DNA of 64,000 bases from Patescibacteria group bacterium (lineage in GTDB: Bacteria; Patescibacteriota; JABMPQ01). The stretch is taken from NCBI GenBank assembly GCA_041749335.1, contig JBGTBM010000007.1, positions 21,408-85,407 on the forward strand. Reading direction: 5' to 3'. This document shows, piece by piece, positions 37,140 through 46,328 of this stretch. The position numbers and the translations under genes were made by a program. Below the pieces are notes generated by a model. The model saw nothing but the letters and a program-made list of their open reading frames with translations. It had not been told where the DNA came from and ran no database searches. Each line of letters opens with the position of its first letter. The stretch's first letter is position 1.

Positions 37140-39311
37140 ATGGCGAAAAATACCACTAAAAAATATCAGATTGCAGGAATGCATTGCAGCGCTTGCGCTT
37201 TAACGATAGAAAAAAATCTGAAAAAAACCAAGGGGGTGAAGAGCGCCGCGGTAAACTTTGCGACCGAAGAAGCGGCGATAGAATATGATCCAAAAGCTGC
37301 CGATGATCAGACGTTAATAAAAGTAATTGAAAAATCCGGCTATCGGGCCGCTTCTCAAGATATTCATGATCATTCCCGGGCGATGAACAAGGAAAAAGAA
37401 ATAAAAAAAGAAAGAAATTTATTTTTAATAAGCTTAATTTTATCCATTCCGGTATTGATTTTATCTATGATATTAATGGATAAATCGATGGGCAGTAGAA
37501 TAGTGCAGTCCATCCTGGCGGGAATCATTCAATTTGTTATCGGTTATCGTTTTTATCGGGGAACATGGTTCGCGTTCAAGAATAAAGCGGCCGACATGGA
37601 TACCTTGGTCGCCTTGGGAACATCGGCCGCGTATTTTTATAGTTTGGCCACTACCTACATTATTGAGGGAGAGGTGTTTTATGAAACTTCATCATTGCTG
37701 ATAACCTTTATTGTGTTGGGCAAATATTTGGAAGCGCGTGCCAAGGGCAGGACCGGGGACGCAATCAATAAATTAATGAAGCTGCAGTCAAAGGAGGCCA
37801 TTATTGAAAAAGCGGGGAAGGAAATTAAAGTGCCCATTGCGGAAGTTAAAGTTGGCGACGTGGTGATTGTCAAACCCGGAGATAAAATTCCGGTGGACGG
37901 AGAAATTATTGATGGTTTTTCCAGCATTGATGAATCCATGGTGTCCGGCGAAAGCATGCCGATGGAAAAGAAAATCGGCGATAAAGTAATTGGCGCCACT
38001 ATTAATAAGTCGGGCACTTTTAAATTTAGAGCTTTAAAAATCGGCAAGGATACTTTTTTGTCGCAAATTGTTAAAATTGTTAATGAAGCGCAGAATGTAA
38101 AAGCGCCGATTCAGAAATTTGCCGACAAAGTTTCCAGCTATTTTGTCCCCGCAGTTATTTTAATCGCTATTATTTCATTCGTCGCTTGGTATTTTTTAAT
38201 GTCAGCAAGCTTTGTTGATGCCCTTATGATTTTTGCGGCAGTCTTGGTAATTGCCTGCCCATGCGCTTTAGGTTTGGCAACGCCAACAGCGATTATGGTG
38301 GGAACCGGCAAAGGAGCGGAAAATGGAATATTGGCGCGCACTGGCGAAGCTTTGGAGAAAGCTAATAAAATTGATGTAATTGTTTTTGACAAAACGGGCA
38401 CTATCACGGAAGGAAAGCCGTCGGTAGTAAAACTGGTAAATGTTAGCGATAAAATTTCAGACGATAAAATGTTGGAATTAGTCGCTGCGCTTGAAAATAA
38501 ATCAAATCATCCCTTGGCCGAAGCCGTCATCGGTTATATAAAAGATAAAAAAATTAAAAACATTGAGGCGCGAAATTTTGAAGAGGTCGCCGGCAAAGGA
38601 GTAAAAGCGGAGGCGGCAAATTATGAAGTAGTGCTGGGAAACGAAGCTTTGATGATGCAGGAAAAGATAAATTATCTAACCGCGAAAAAAGACATTGAAA
38701 AGGAAGAGGATATGGCCCGGACGGTTTTACTGATCGGCGTTAACGGGGAATTTGCAGGCTACCTGGCATTGGCGGATAAAATTAAGAAATCTTCCCGGGC
38801 GGCGATTAAAGCCTTGAAGGATTATGGGATTATTCCGGTAATGGCGACGGGGGATAATGACCGAACAGCGGAGGTTATCGCCAAGGAGGTAGGTATAGAA
38901 AAGTTTTATGGCCGGGTTCAGCCTGAAGAGAAATTAAACATAATAAGCCGCTTGCAAAAAGAGGAAAAACAGGTAGCGATGGCGGGAGATGGAATCAATG
39001 ATGCGCCGGCGCTGGCCAAATCAGATTTAGGCATTGCCATGGGGGCGGGAACGGATGTAGCTATTGAGGCCGGTGAAATTATTTTAGTCAAAAATGACCT
39101 GATGGATGTGGTGCGGGCATTGAAATTGGGAAAATTTACCATGAATAAAATCAGGCAAAATATGTTTTGGGCTTTATTTTATAATAGCATTGGCATTCCC
39201 ATTGCGGCCTTTGGTCTTTTGCGGGCGGAACTGGCGGGTTTGGCTATGGCGCTTAGCAGCGTTTCCGTTATTTTAAATTCATTATTATTAAAAAGAAAGA
39301 AATTAAAATAA
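37140..39311 (+). CDS. copA: Copper-translocating P1B-type ATPase CopA
   Basis: HMA domain (GMHCSACA), CPC motif (ACPCALG), DKTGT, GDGINDAP. The track ORF begins at 37059. The ATG at 37140 (MAKNTTKKYQIAGMHC...) fits an HMA N-terminus better. Confidence 0.9.
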   Translation: MAKNTTKKYQIAGMHCSACALTIEKNLKKTKGVKSAAVNFATEEAAIEYDPKAADDQTLIKVIEKSGYRAASQDIHDHSRAMNKEKEIKKERNLFLISLILSIPVLILSMILMDKSMGSRIVQSILAGIIQFVIGYRFYRGTWFAFKNKAADMDTLVALGTSAAYFYSLATTYIIEGEVFYETSSLLITFIVLGKYLEARAKGRTGDAINKLMKLQSKEAIIEKAGKEIKVPIAEVKVGDVVIVKPGDKIPVDGEIIDGFSSIDESMVSGESMPMEKKIGDKVIGATINKSGTFKFRALKIGKDTFLSQIVKIVNEAQNVKAPIQKFADKVSSYFVPAVILIAIISFVAWYFLMSASFVDALMIFAAVLVIACPCALGLATPTAIMVGTGKGAENGILARTGEALEKANKIDVIVFDKTGTITEGKPSVVKLVNVSDKISDDKMLELVAALENKSNHPLAEAVIGYIKDKKIKNIEARNFEEVAGKGVKAEAANYEVVLGNEALMMQEKINYLTAKKDIEKEEDMARTVLLIGVNGEFAGYLALADKIKKSSRAAIKALKDYGIIPVMATGDNDRTAEVIAKEVGIEKFYGRVQPEEKLNIISRLQKEEKQVAMAGDGINDAPALAKSDLGIAMGAGTDVAIEAGEIILVKNDLMDVVRALKLGKFTMNKIRQNMFWALFYNSIGIPIAAFGLLRAELAGLAMALSSVSVILNSLLLKRKKLK

Positions 39312-39397
39312 TCTAATAAATTAAATGAGCCGGTAGACTTTCAAAGCCGGCTTTTTTGATTGAATTATCATAGGTATGTTATTATTAAATAAATTAA

Positions 39398-40696
39398 ATG
39401 AAAAAAATGAAAAAATATATCGTGATTATTCTAGTTGTCATTTTATTGGCGGGGGTGGGCTATGTGGTCTATTACCTCTATTATAATACCGCGTTTTTGA
39501 AAGTAACCGATCAAGGCCGGGAAATACAAAAGAACAACCAAAATATTTTACCGCAAGAGCCGGATATCGGGGACGATAAATTATCGGATGAAATTGATCT
39601 TAATAATTTAATTGAGCAAGATCTGTCCGCGGCGGAAAAATTCCGGACGGGAGTTTTTTCTAAATTAAGAAAATTAAATTTACCGCAAGATTTCAGTATC
39701 AATGTATTTATGGCCGGACTGGATGAGCCGCGCCTGATGTCGTTTGATAATGATAATAATCTTTTTGTGGCGGATAAAGGGCGAGGGTCAATTTATTTGT
39801 TGAAAGACAATGATCGGGATGGCGTCGCGGAGGAGCAGATTGAAATAGATACCGGGCTTAGAGTGATGCATGGCGTTTATTACCATAACGGAGATTTGTA
39901 TGCGGCGGAAGAAAATCAGGTTTTAAAATATAATAATATCAATAATCAGGGTGAATATTCCGGCAAAGAAGTTTTGATAAATAATTTGCCGGCCGGCAGC
40001 GGGCATAGCACTCGTACGGTCATAGTCGGTCCCGATGAAAAACTATATGTATCTATCGGATCAAGCTGTAATTTATGCGAGGAAAAAGACGAGAGGCGCG
40101 CGGCTGTCGTGAGATATAACTTAGATGGAACGGGGCAAGAAATATTTGCCCGGGGATTGAGAAATTCAGTCGGGATCCAATTTTATCAGGGAAAATTATG
40201 GAGCGTGAACAACGGCCGAGACATGATTGGGGATGATCTGCCGCCCGAGGAGGTCAATATTATAGAGCAGGGCAAACATTATGGCTGGCCTTATTGTTAT
40301 GGGCGGGGAATTGCCAATCCCGAATATCCCGATCGAGCATCTTTTTGCCAACAGGAAACCCAATATCCCGCTTATGAGATGCAGGCACATTCCGCCCCGC
40401 TGGGATTGGATTTTATGCCGGAGCAGGATAATAGTTTTCCGGATTTACTAAAAGACAACATGTTTATCGGATTCCATGGTTCCTGGAACCGGACCGCGCC
40501 CACGGGATATAAAGTAGTCCGTCTGGACGTAAGCCGAGAAGATTCTCAAACCGTAAACTTTGTTACCGGCTGGCTGGAATCGGATGGCAGCGCTTGGGGA
40601 CGACCGGTTGATGTAGAATTTGATAATGGTGGAGCGATGTTCATTAGTGATGATCGCGCCGGAGCGATCTATCGCGTGGTTTATAATAAAAATTAA
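39398..40696 (+). CDS. Soluble quinoprotein glucose/sorbosone dehydrogenase (PQQ-dependent sugar dehydrogenase-like beta-propeller), membrane-anchored
   Basis: N-terminal TM. SGDH family patterns (LDEPRLMSFDNDNNLFVADKGRGSIY..., HSAPLGLDF, GGAMFISDDRAGAIYRV). Confidence 0.75.
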   Translation: MKKMKKYIVIILVVILLAGVGYVVYYLYYNTAFLKVTDQGREIQKNNQNILPQEPDIGDDKLSDEIDLNNLIEQDLSAAEKFRTGVFSKLRKLNLPQDFSINVFMAGLDEPRLMSFDNDNNLFVADKGRGSIYLLKDNDRDGVAEEQIEIDTGLRVMHGVYYHNGDLYAAEENQVLKYNNINNQGEYSGKEVLINNLPAGSGHSTRTVIVGPDEKLYVSIGSSCNLCEEKDERRAAVVRYNLDGTGQEIFARGLRNSVGIQFYQGKLWSVNNGRDMIGDDLPPEEVNIIEQGKHYGWPYCYGRGIANPEYPDRASFCQQETQYPAYEMQAHSAPLGLDFMPEQDNSFPDLLKDNMFIGFHGSWNRTAPTGYKVVRLDVSREDSQTVNFVTGWLESDGSAWGRPVDVEFDNGGAMFISDDRAGAIYRVVYNKN

Positions 40697-40750
40697 TCAT
40701 CGAGATTTAAATATAAATCCCCAAGCTATAAAAATTAATCCATGGGCTGG

Positions 40751-40789
40751 CCTGCAGTGAGCTTGTCGAATTGTCGAAGGGTTAATTTT
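40751..40789 (+). repeat. 39-bp direct repeat, copy 1 (CCTGCAGTGAGCTTGTCGAATTGTCGAAGGGTTAATTTTT)
   Basis: Identical to 41215-41254. Seen directly. Confidence 0.7.
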
Positions 40790-40809
40790 TTCAGCAATAT
40801 TCAACATCT

Positions 40810-41076
40810 ATGGCAAGAAGATGGAAATGGTATGTTTATATCATTGAGTGTTTAGATAATTCTTATTATACGGGTTTAACTTGGGATCCTTCAGTCAGAT
40901 TTGAGCAGCATTTATTTAGGCATGGCAGTAAATATACTTCAAAACACGGTGTTAAAAAGTTAGTATATTTAGAAGAGTATGAGGATTTTGATGAAGCGAG
41001 ATATCGAGAAAAACAAATAAAGGGCTGGACCAGAGACAAGAAAAAGAAATTAATAAAGGGAGAATGGAAAAAATAG
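40810..41076 (+). CDS. GIY-YIG nuclease family protein (YhbQ-like, 88 aa)
   Basis: YVYIIEC...YYTGLT...RFEQH...G...K GIY-YIG motif set. Confidence 0.75.
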   Translation: MARRWKWYVYIIECLDNSYYTGLTWDPSVRFEQHLFRHGSKYTSKHGVKKLVYLEEYEDFDEARYREKQIKGWTRDKKKKLIKGEWKK

Positions 41077-41100
41077 GAATAGGCAGATAGCCTTCGACTC

Positions 41101-41184
41101 CGCTCCGCTTCGCTCAGGCAATAATATGAAGACAAAGAGCCTTCGACTCCGCTTTGCTTCGCTCAGGCAATAAATATTAATTTC
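41101..41184 (+). repeat. Tandem 35-bp repeat x2 (GCCTTCGACTCCGCT[C/T][C/T]GCTTCGCTCAGGCAATAA) with 14-nt spacer
   Basis: Copies at 41101-41135 and 41150-41184. They contain CGCTCAGG, complementary to CCTGAGCG at 41204-41211. Confidence 0.6.
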
Positions 41185-41214
41185 TGAACTAAAAAAATTA
41201 ATCCCTGAGCGAGC

Positions 41215-41254
41215 CTGCAGTGAGCTTGTCGAATTGTCGAAGGGTTAATTTTTA
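41215..41254 (+). repeat. 39-bp direct repeat, copy 2
   Basis: Identical to 40751-40789. Confidence 0.7.
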
Positions 41255-41278
41255 AAAAATGTATAAATTATAATATTT

Positions 41279-42070
41279 ATGATATTGGAACACAACATAT
41301 CACCGGAAATAATAAGCTTTGGGCCGTTTGCCATCAGGTGGTATGGCCTGCTTTTTGTCACCGGTTTTATTTTAACTTTACTTTTGACTTATTGGATTTT
41401 CAAAAGAGAGCAAAAAGATTTAAGACACCTAGAGAGCCTGGCTTTGTATTTGCTTTTGGGCATGATTATTGGAGCGAGGTTGGGGCATATTATTTTTTAT
41501 AACTTAAGCTATTATCTGGAGAATCCCGCGGAAATTATTAAAATCTGGCACGGAGGACTCGCGAGCCACGGCGCGGCGATCGGAGTTTTTATCGCTTATC
41601 TTATTTGGACCAAAGTTTATAAAATAAAATTTACCAAGTACGCGGATCTTTTGGCAATCGGGATGCCTGTTACCGCCGCCTTTGTTCGCTTGGGCAATTT
41701 TTTCAATTCGGAAATCATCGGCAAGCCGACGGATGGCAGCTGGGGCGTAGTTTTTAAAAAACTGGGCGAAGATTTTCCCCGGCATCCGACCCAGCTGTAT
41801 GAAGCGCTGTTAAACTTTTTGATTTTTATAATCCTCATCATTATCTATCTGAAGTTTTACCAAAAGCTCCCTCGGCTATTTCTAATGGCGATCTATATCT
41901 TTTTATATTTTACCACTCGCTTTGGAGTTGAATTTTGGAAAGAGCGGCATGTTATCTCGGCGGACTTTTTTTTATCCATGGGACAGATCTTAAGCATCCT
42001 GCCGGTTCTGATATCAATTGGGCTTTTGATTTATTTATTCTCAACCAGGCGAGGCAAGAATAATAATTAG
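41279..42070 (+). CDS. lgt: Prolipoprotein diacylglyceryl transferase
   Basis: Lgt signature region (GMIIGARLGHIIFYN). About 7 TM helices. 263 aa. Confidence 0.85.
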   Translation: MILEHNISPEIISFGPFAIRWYGLLFVTGFILTLLLTYWIFKREQKDLRHLESLALYLLLGMIIGARLGHIIFYNLSYYLENPAEIIKIWHGGLASHGAAIGVFIAYLIWTKVYKIKFTKYADLLAIGMPVTAAFVRLGNFFNSEIIGKPTDGSWGVVFKKLGEDFPRHPTQLYEALLNFLIFIILIIIYLKFYQKLPRLFLMAIYIFLYFTTRFGVEFWKERHVISADFFLSMGQILSILPVLISIGLLIYLFSTRRGKNNN

Positions 42071-42276
42071 TTTTTTGGCGTTGAAGAAATAATATCGCAT
42101 TGAATTTAAGCCAAAAATTTGCTATAATATAAATAAGAAAATAAAAATAAAAAGTGAAAATTAAATATACATTATACTTATGTTTGTAACCGATATTTTT
42201 TAATATGGGTTTTTTTATTAATAAAATGTTTACCACGCCTTTATGGAACTTTTAAGGAAGTAAATTTTTAAAATAA

Positions 42277-42471
42277 ATGAATAACAAACTAGAAAAAATT
42301 GGAGGAGCGTTACTGATAGTGGTATTTTTAATAGCCATATTCTTAATTGAGCGTCTTGAGAATACAAAATGTTACAGTATACAAGATATTGCTTATACGG
42401 CCTTGATGAGTATATATGGCACGGCATTATTAATAGGGCTTGTGGTGGCAATAAGACAAACTAAATCATAA
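42277..42471 (+). CDS. Small two-TM membrane protein (64 aa), hypothetical
   Basis: ORF with two hydrophobic helices. Shares the upstream motif AGGAAGTAAATTTTTAAA with the next gene. Confidence 0.4.
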   Translation: MNNKLEKIGGALLIVVFLIAIFLIERLENTKCYSIQDIAYTALMSIYGTALLIGLVVAIRQTKS

Positions 42472-42532
42472 GACCCTTTAGGGTAACTACAAACCAAGTT
42501 AGGAAGTAAATTTTTAAATAATAACCAAAAAA

Positions 42533-43021
42533 ATGAGTAAGAAATTACATGTATTAATTATCTTAACCATAGCAATATTGTTTGCTGGGATAACTATTGC
42601 TTGCACCACAGCGGATAAAAAAGAAGCCGAGAAAATACCACAGCAGGTAGAGGAGAAAAGCCAGGAATTACAGCAAGATACCAATAAAGAAACGGAAAAG
42701 GTAGAGGAGGAAGCTGATAAAGCGGAGACACCGACATATACTGCAGAGGAAATACAACACGCACAGGAAACCTGGGATAATTTTATAGCTATAAACTATA
42801 TTAGAGACTATGAAGTGGATGCCAGCTTTGACGCTATGTATTTAAGAATTACTTTAGATGATTGGAATATGAATGGATATCAAGAAAAGAAGGAGTTTTT
42901 ATATTTAATGAGAGACGTTGGAAATAAACTTTTTGGAATAAGGGAGGTTTATGTGCGAGACTATAATACCAACGAGACACTAGGTATAGCGTCCCGCTTT
43001 ACTGAAAGCGTTAAAAAATAA
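42533..43021 (+). CDS. Hypothetical lipoprotein (162 aa, acidic)
   Basis: Signal peptide with lipobox-like ITIACT. Preceded by the shared upstream motif. Confidence 0.5.
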   Translation: MSKKLHVLIILTIAILFAGITIACTTADKKEAEKIPQQVEEKSQELQQDTNKETEKVEEEADKAETPTYTAEEIQHAQETWDNFIAINYIRDYEVDASFDAMYLRITLDDWNMNGYQEKKEFLYLMRDVGNKLFGIREVYVRDYNTNETLGIASRFTESVKK

Positions 43022-43031
43022 TTAATTATAT

Positions 43032-43259
43032 ATGAGTAAAAAATTAAGTGTTATCTTGATTGTGCTACTAGCCGTTATTATTTTAGGACTTGCATTTTAT
43101 TGGTATGAGTATAGACCCGCAAGGATTTACGGCAAATGCAATGAGCAAGCAAGTGAAAACGCTAGGAAGATAGCAGACAGACCAGACCAAACTTATTTTA
43201 TTACTCAATATGATGGATATTATAAAATTTGTTTAAGAGAAAACGGGCTAGATAAATAA
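43032..43259 (+). CDS. Small membrane-anchored protein (75 aa), hypothetical
   Basis: Begins MSKKL like the preceding gene. One TM segment. Confidence 0.4.
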   Translation: MSKKLSVILIVLLAVIILGLAFYWYEYRPARIYGKCNEQASENARKIADRPDQTYFITQYDGYYKICLRENGLDK

Positions 43260-43328
43260 GGAAATAACGCTCTAACTACCGATAACGCTAATTATAGGAA
43301 ATAGATATTTTATAGGATAATTAAAAAA

Positions 43329-43727
43329 ATGTATTTAAACAAAGAGGAGAGAAAAAGACAACAAGAATTGGCGAAGCTAATTGATTATGATGAGCTTGAA
43401 AAGAAAGTATGGACTAATGAAAGTGAGGAAAGCATTATTGATTATCTTGTAAAAAGAGGACTTAACAAAGAGGAAGCAATGTTATTTTTACAAATAGTGG
43501 TCGGAGACCAGCCAACACTAGGAAAAATATTATATTGGGCAATATATTTATTCATTGGGGTTGTTATTTTATTAGGAGGTTACCTATTAAATTTATTAGA
43601 TAATGATTATATATTTATTTCTGGTTTATTTTTATTAGGATTTGGAAGTTATAAGGTTATTGCAACGTTGTATAACAATGTAAGAATGAGAGTAAAAATG
43701 AGAGTAGAATATAAAAATAAAAATTAA
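43329..43727 (+). CDS. Hypothetical protein with C-terminal two-TM region (132 aa)
   Basis: ORF with charged N-terminal half and hydrophobic C-terminal half. Confidence 0.45.
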   Translation: MYLNKEERKRQQELAKLIDYDELEKKVWTNESEESIIDYLVKRGLNKEEAMLFLQIVVGDQPTLGKILYWAIYLFIGVVILLGGYLLNLLDNDYIFISGLFLLGFGSYKVIATLYNNVRMRVKMRVEYKNKN

Positions 43728-43739
43728 ATAATAAAAACT

Positions 43740-44069
43740 ATGGTATTAATACCATCAAAACCCGAAAAGAAAGCTAATACTCCCCCGTCTCCCACGCTAG
43801 AGGGGAAGCATAAGTCTTATAGAGGAATATTAATATTTAATACACTTTTATTTATAGTGATAATCGGACTTATATTATTAGTGCTATTGACTATAAATAA
43901 AGCCAATGTAGAGCTTGTTGGACTTAATGACAAACTGGACACCGTAAGTCAAAACCTGGGAGGAGATACAGACAATCGCTTCAAACAAGATACCACTATT
44001 GCTGATGAGCTAAAAGAGATAAACGATAATTTAAGAAATATTAAAAGCCAATTAAGACTAAACAATTAA
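43740..44069 (+). CDS. Hypothetical single-TM protein (109 aa)
   Basis: One TM segment followed by a coiled-coil-like tail. Confidence 0.45.
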   Translation: MVLIPSKPEKKANTPPSPTLEGKHKSYRGILIFNTLLFIVIIGLILLVLLTINKANVELVGLNDKLDTVSQNLGGDTDNRFKQDTTIADELKEINDNLRNIKSQLRLNN

Positions 44070-44155
44070 ATTAAATTTAATATGGCAAATAGAAAATTAA
44101 CCCTAGAGGAGATAAAAATACGAAGGGATCAAGCAAATTATAAAAAAAATAAGTT

Positions 44156-44509
44156 ATGAATAGGTCTATAAGAATAAGAATTATTTCATTGTTGTTCACT
44201 TTGGTAATTTTCTTAGGATGCACTACATCAAATATTGTCAGCGTGAAATATAGAGATGACAAAGTAGATTTATCTAATCAAGCATTTGAATACTTAAACA
44301 CTTTAGATAGCTCATTTGTTGAAGGAGCCTGGTACGATGATGATAATGATTATATGATTATTAAATTAGATAATACATATTACCATTATTGCGGAATGCC
44401 GGATGAAGTTTGGGATAACTATAAAAAGACTGATTCCTTTGGAACAGAATATAATAGATATATAAAGGGAAATTATGATTGTAGATCAGGTTTAGTTCCA
44501 AGTTATTAA
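44156..44509 (+). CDS. KTSC-domain lipoprotein
   Basis: Lipobox FLGCTT. The C-terminal segment MIIKLDNTYYHYCGMPDEVWDNYKKTDSFGTEYNRYIKGNYDC matches the KTSC consensus (L.V.F..G..Y.Y..VP...........S.G.YFN..IKG.Y). Confidence 0.55.
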   Translation: MNRSIRIRIISLLFTLVIFLGCTTSNIVSVKYRDDKVDLSNQAFEYLNTLDSSFVEGAWYDDDNDYMIIKLDNTYYHYCGMPDEVWDNYKKTDSFGTEYNRYIKGNYDCRSGLVPSY

Positions 44510-44575
44510 TAAAAAACTAGCAAATTTTATTTAAGTAATATATGATTTAAATAGTTCCAAAAGGGAGGGATAGCG

Positions 44576-44875
44576 ATGAAGCTCTTTTATATTGCATTGA
44601 TTGCGTTTTTTGCCGGATCTATTTTCTCTTATCTCGGATATAATATATTTGAAAGACTTGTCGGGCAAAAGGCAAAGGATAGAAAGTGGAAATTAGAGAA
44701 TCCGGATAAATGTTTTAGCTGCCGGGGCCAAGGCGAGCAGGAAAGAGAAATTCGAGAAGATGATTGTATGGCAGTGATAAGTAGCGGATTGTTGATGTGG
44801 AATCGGGACAAACATTTGGTGCGGAAAGTCATCTGCAGTGAGTGTCGGGGATCCGGAAAAAATACCAAGGCGTAA
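44576..44875 (+). CDS. Membrane-anchored protein with two DnaJ-type CxxCxGxG zinc-finger motifs
   Basis: Ribosome-binding site GGGAGGG. N-terminal TM. CFSCRGQG and CSECRGSG motifs. Confidence 0.5.
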   Translation: MKLFYIALIAFFAGSIFSYLGYNIFERLVGQKAKDRKWKLENPDKCFSCRGQGEQEREIREDDCMAVISSGLLMWNRDKHLVRKVICSECRGSGKNTKA

Positions 44876-44997
44876 TTTATTTAAAAGTGGAATAGAAAGC
44901 AGCATATACCAGGCCATTTCAGGCGCTGGTTTTTTTATCCCCTCAAAATAAAATATTTATATGATATAAGAAATATATAGTAAATAAAAATAATATT

Positions 44998-46221
44998 ATG
45001 GCAGAAAAAAATTTAGATAACAAACAGGCGGCGGAAAAACCAAGTGAAGCAAAACCGTTAAAGGCAGTGGAAAATCCGCCCGCACCCGAAGCTCCCGCGG
45101 AAACCGTTGCTCCCGCTCCGGCTGCTGGCGTGCAAGAACCAAAGAAAAAATCCAAATGGTGGCTCTGGACTTGTTTGGGATGTTCAATTATTTTTATGAT
45201 TTTTATAATCATTGCCGGTCTTATCGGCTGGAAGATTTATAAAGATTCAGCCAAAAATCCTTTGGACACTCTGCAGTCGGATGAAGAAATTGACTACCGG
45301 GAGTATCAGGAAGTGCAAACAGAATTTCCGGACGGCCAGAAATATCAAGTCTTAGAATCCAACACCTATAAAGTTACTGAAAAAGTGGTGCTAACCAATA
45401 ACGGCCAGGGCGATGCGTCCAAAATAGATCTGCGCATGGCGATGATCAAAGACATTGAACCCTATCAAGATGTGATCAGCGAAAATATTCAAGCGGCAGC
45501 CGGTTATGATGTGATTGGGGATGATGATAATAATAAGTATGCCCATTTTGATCTGCCCGGCTTGAAGGTGGGCGAAAAATTTGCGATTACCGCCGAATAT
45601 CAGGTCAAAGTTAACGCCCTGGATTATAATTTAACCAAGTGCGACGGCGAGCTGGTAGATGGATTTTTATCTGCGGAAAAATATATTGAATCGGATAATC
45701 CAACCATAAAAACCAAAGCGCAAAATTTAGCTAAGGGTGATAAAAATAAATGCATATCGGCTAAAGATATCTATGATTATGTGGCGGATAGCGTGACCTA
45801 TGAAGGTTATGTGCCTCAAGATCAGGGCGCTTTAAATGCTTTTAATAAACTTTCCGGCGATTGTACCGATTTTACCGATTTATTTTTGGGATTATCGCGG
45901 GCGGCGGGAGTGCCGGCCAGATTTTTGGAAGGACTGGGTTACGCGGAAGATGCCAAGGTGCCGGCCGATGTCAAACATGATTGGGCCGAAGTATATTTGC
46001 CGGGCGCGGGCTGGACGCAAGTAGATCCCACTTGGGGACGCTATGAAAATACCCGCAATCTGCATTTTGCCAAAACCGATGGCGAGCATATTATTATTAC
46101 CCGCGGCAGGAATTTGGAAGTGTTGAATAACGCGCACTACTTCGCTTACAATTATTGGTGGAACGGAGAAGAAGCGGCGGTGGAATTTACCGAGGATTGG
46201 CGAGTTGAGCTTGTAGATTAA
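44998..46221 (+). CDS. Transglutaminase-like cysteine-protease domain protein, membrane-anchored with a Pro/Ala-rich N-terminal region
   Basis: Cys-His-Asp core (GDCTDFTDLFLGLSRAAGVPARF...HDWAEVYLPGAGWTQVDPT). Confidence 0.75.
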   Translation: MAEKNLDNKQAAEKPSEAKPLKAVENPPAPEAPAETVAPAPAAGVQEPKKKSKWWLWTCLGCSIIFMIFIIIAGLIGWKIYKDSAKNPLDTLQSDEEIDYREYQEVQTEFPDGQKYQVLESNTYKVTEKVVLTNNGQGDASKIDLRMAMIKDIEPYQDVISENIQAAAGYDVIGDDDNNKYAHFDLPGLKVGEKFAITAEYQVKVNALDYNLTKCDGELVDGFLSAEKYIESDNPTIKTKAQNLAKGDKNKCISAKDIYDYVADSVTYEGYVPQDQGALNAFNKLSGDCTDFTDLFLGLSRAAGVPARFLEGLGYAEDAKVPADVKHDWAEVYLPGAGWTQVDPTWGRYENTRNLHFAKTDGEHIIITRGRNLEVLNNAHYFAYNYWWNGEEAAVEFTEDWRVELVD

Positions 46222-46232
46222 TTAAATCATAA

Positions 46233-46263
46233 AACCGAATATTGGCCGTATTCGGTTTTTTTA
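46233..46263 (+). terminator. Rho-independent terminator (AACCGAATA-TTGGCCG-TATTCGGTT + T6)
   Basis: Perfect 9-bp stem. It is followed at once by TTGACG-16-TAAAAT. Confidence 0.55.
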
Positions 46264-46328
46264 TTGACGAATATCTTAATTGGCATAAAATAAATTAATC
46301 TTAACGTTCTTTCACAGGAGGAGGTCGG

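Noticed and set aside
40751-41254. Considered whether the identical 39-bp direct repeats could be a minimal CRISPR array.
   Set aside because: There are only two copies, separated by 425 bp that contain a protein-coding gene. No regular short spacers and no cas genes are present. A mobile or repeat element is the better reading.
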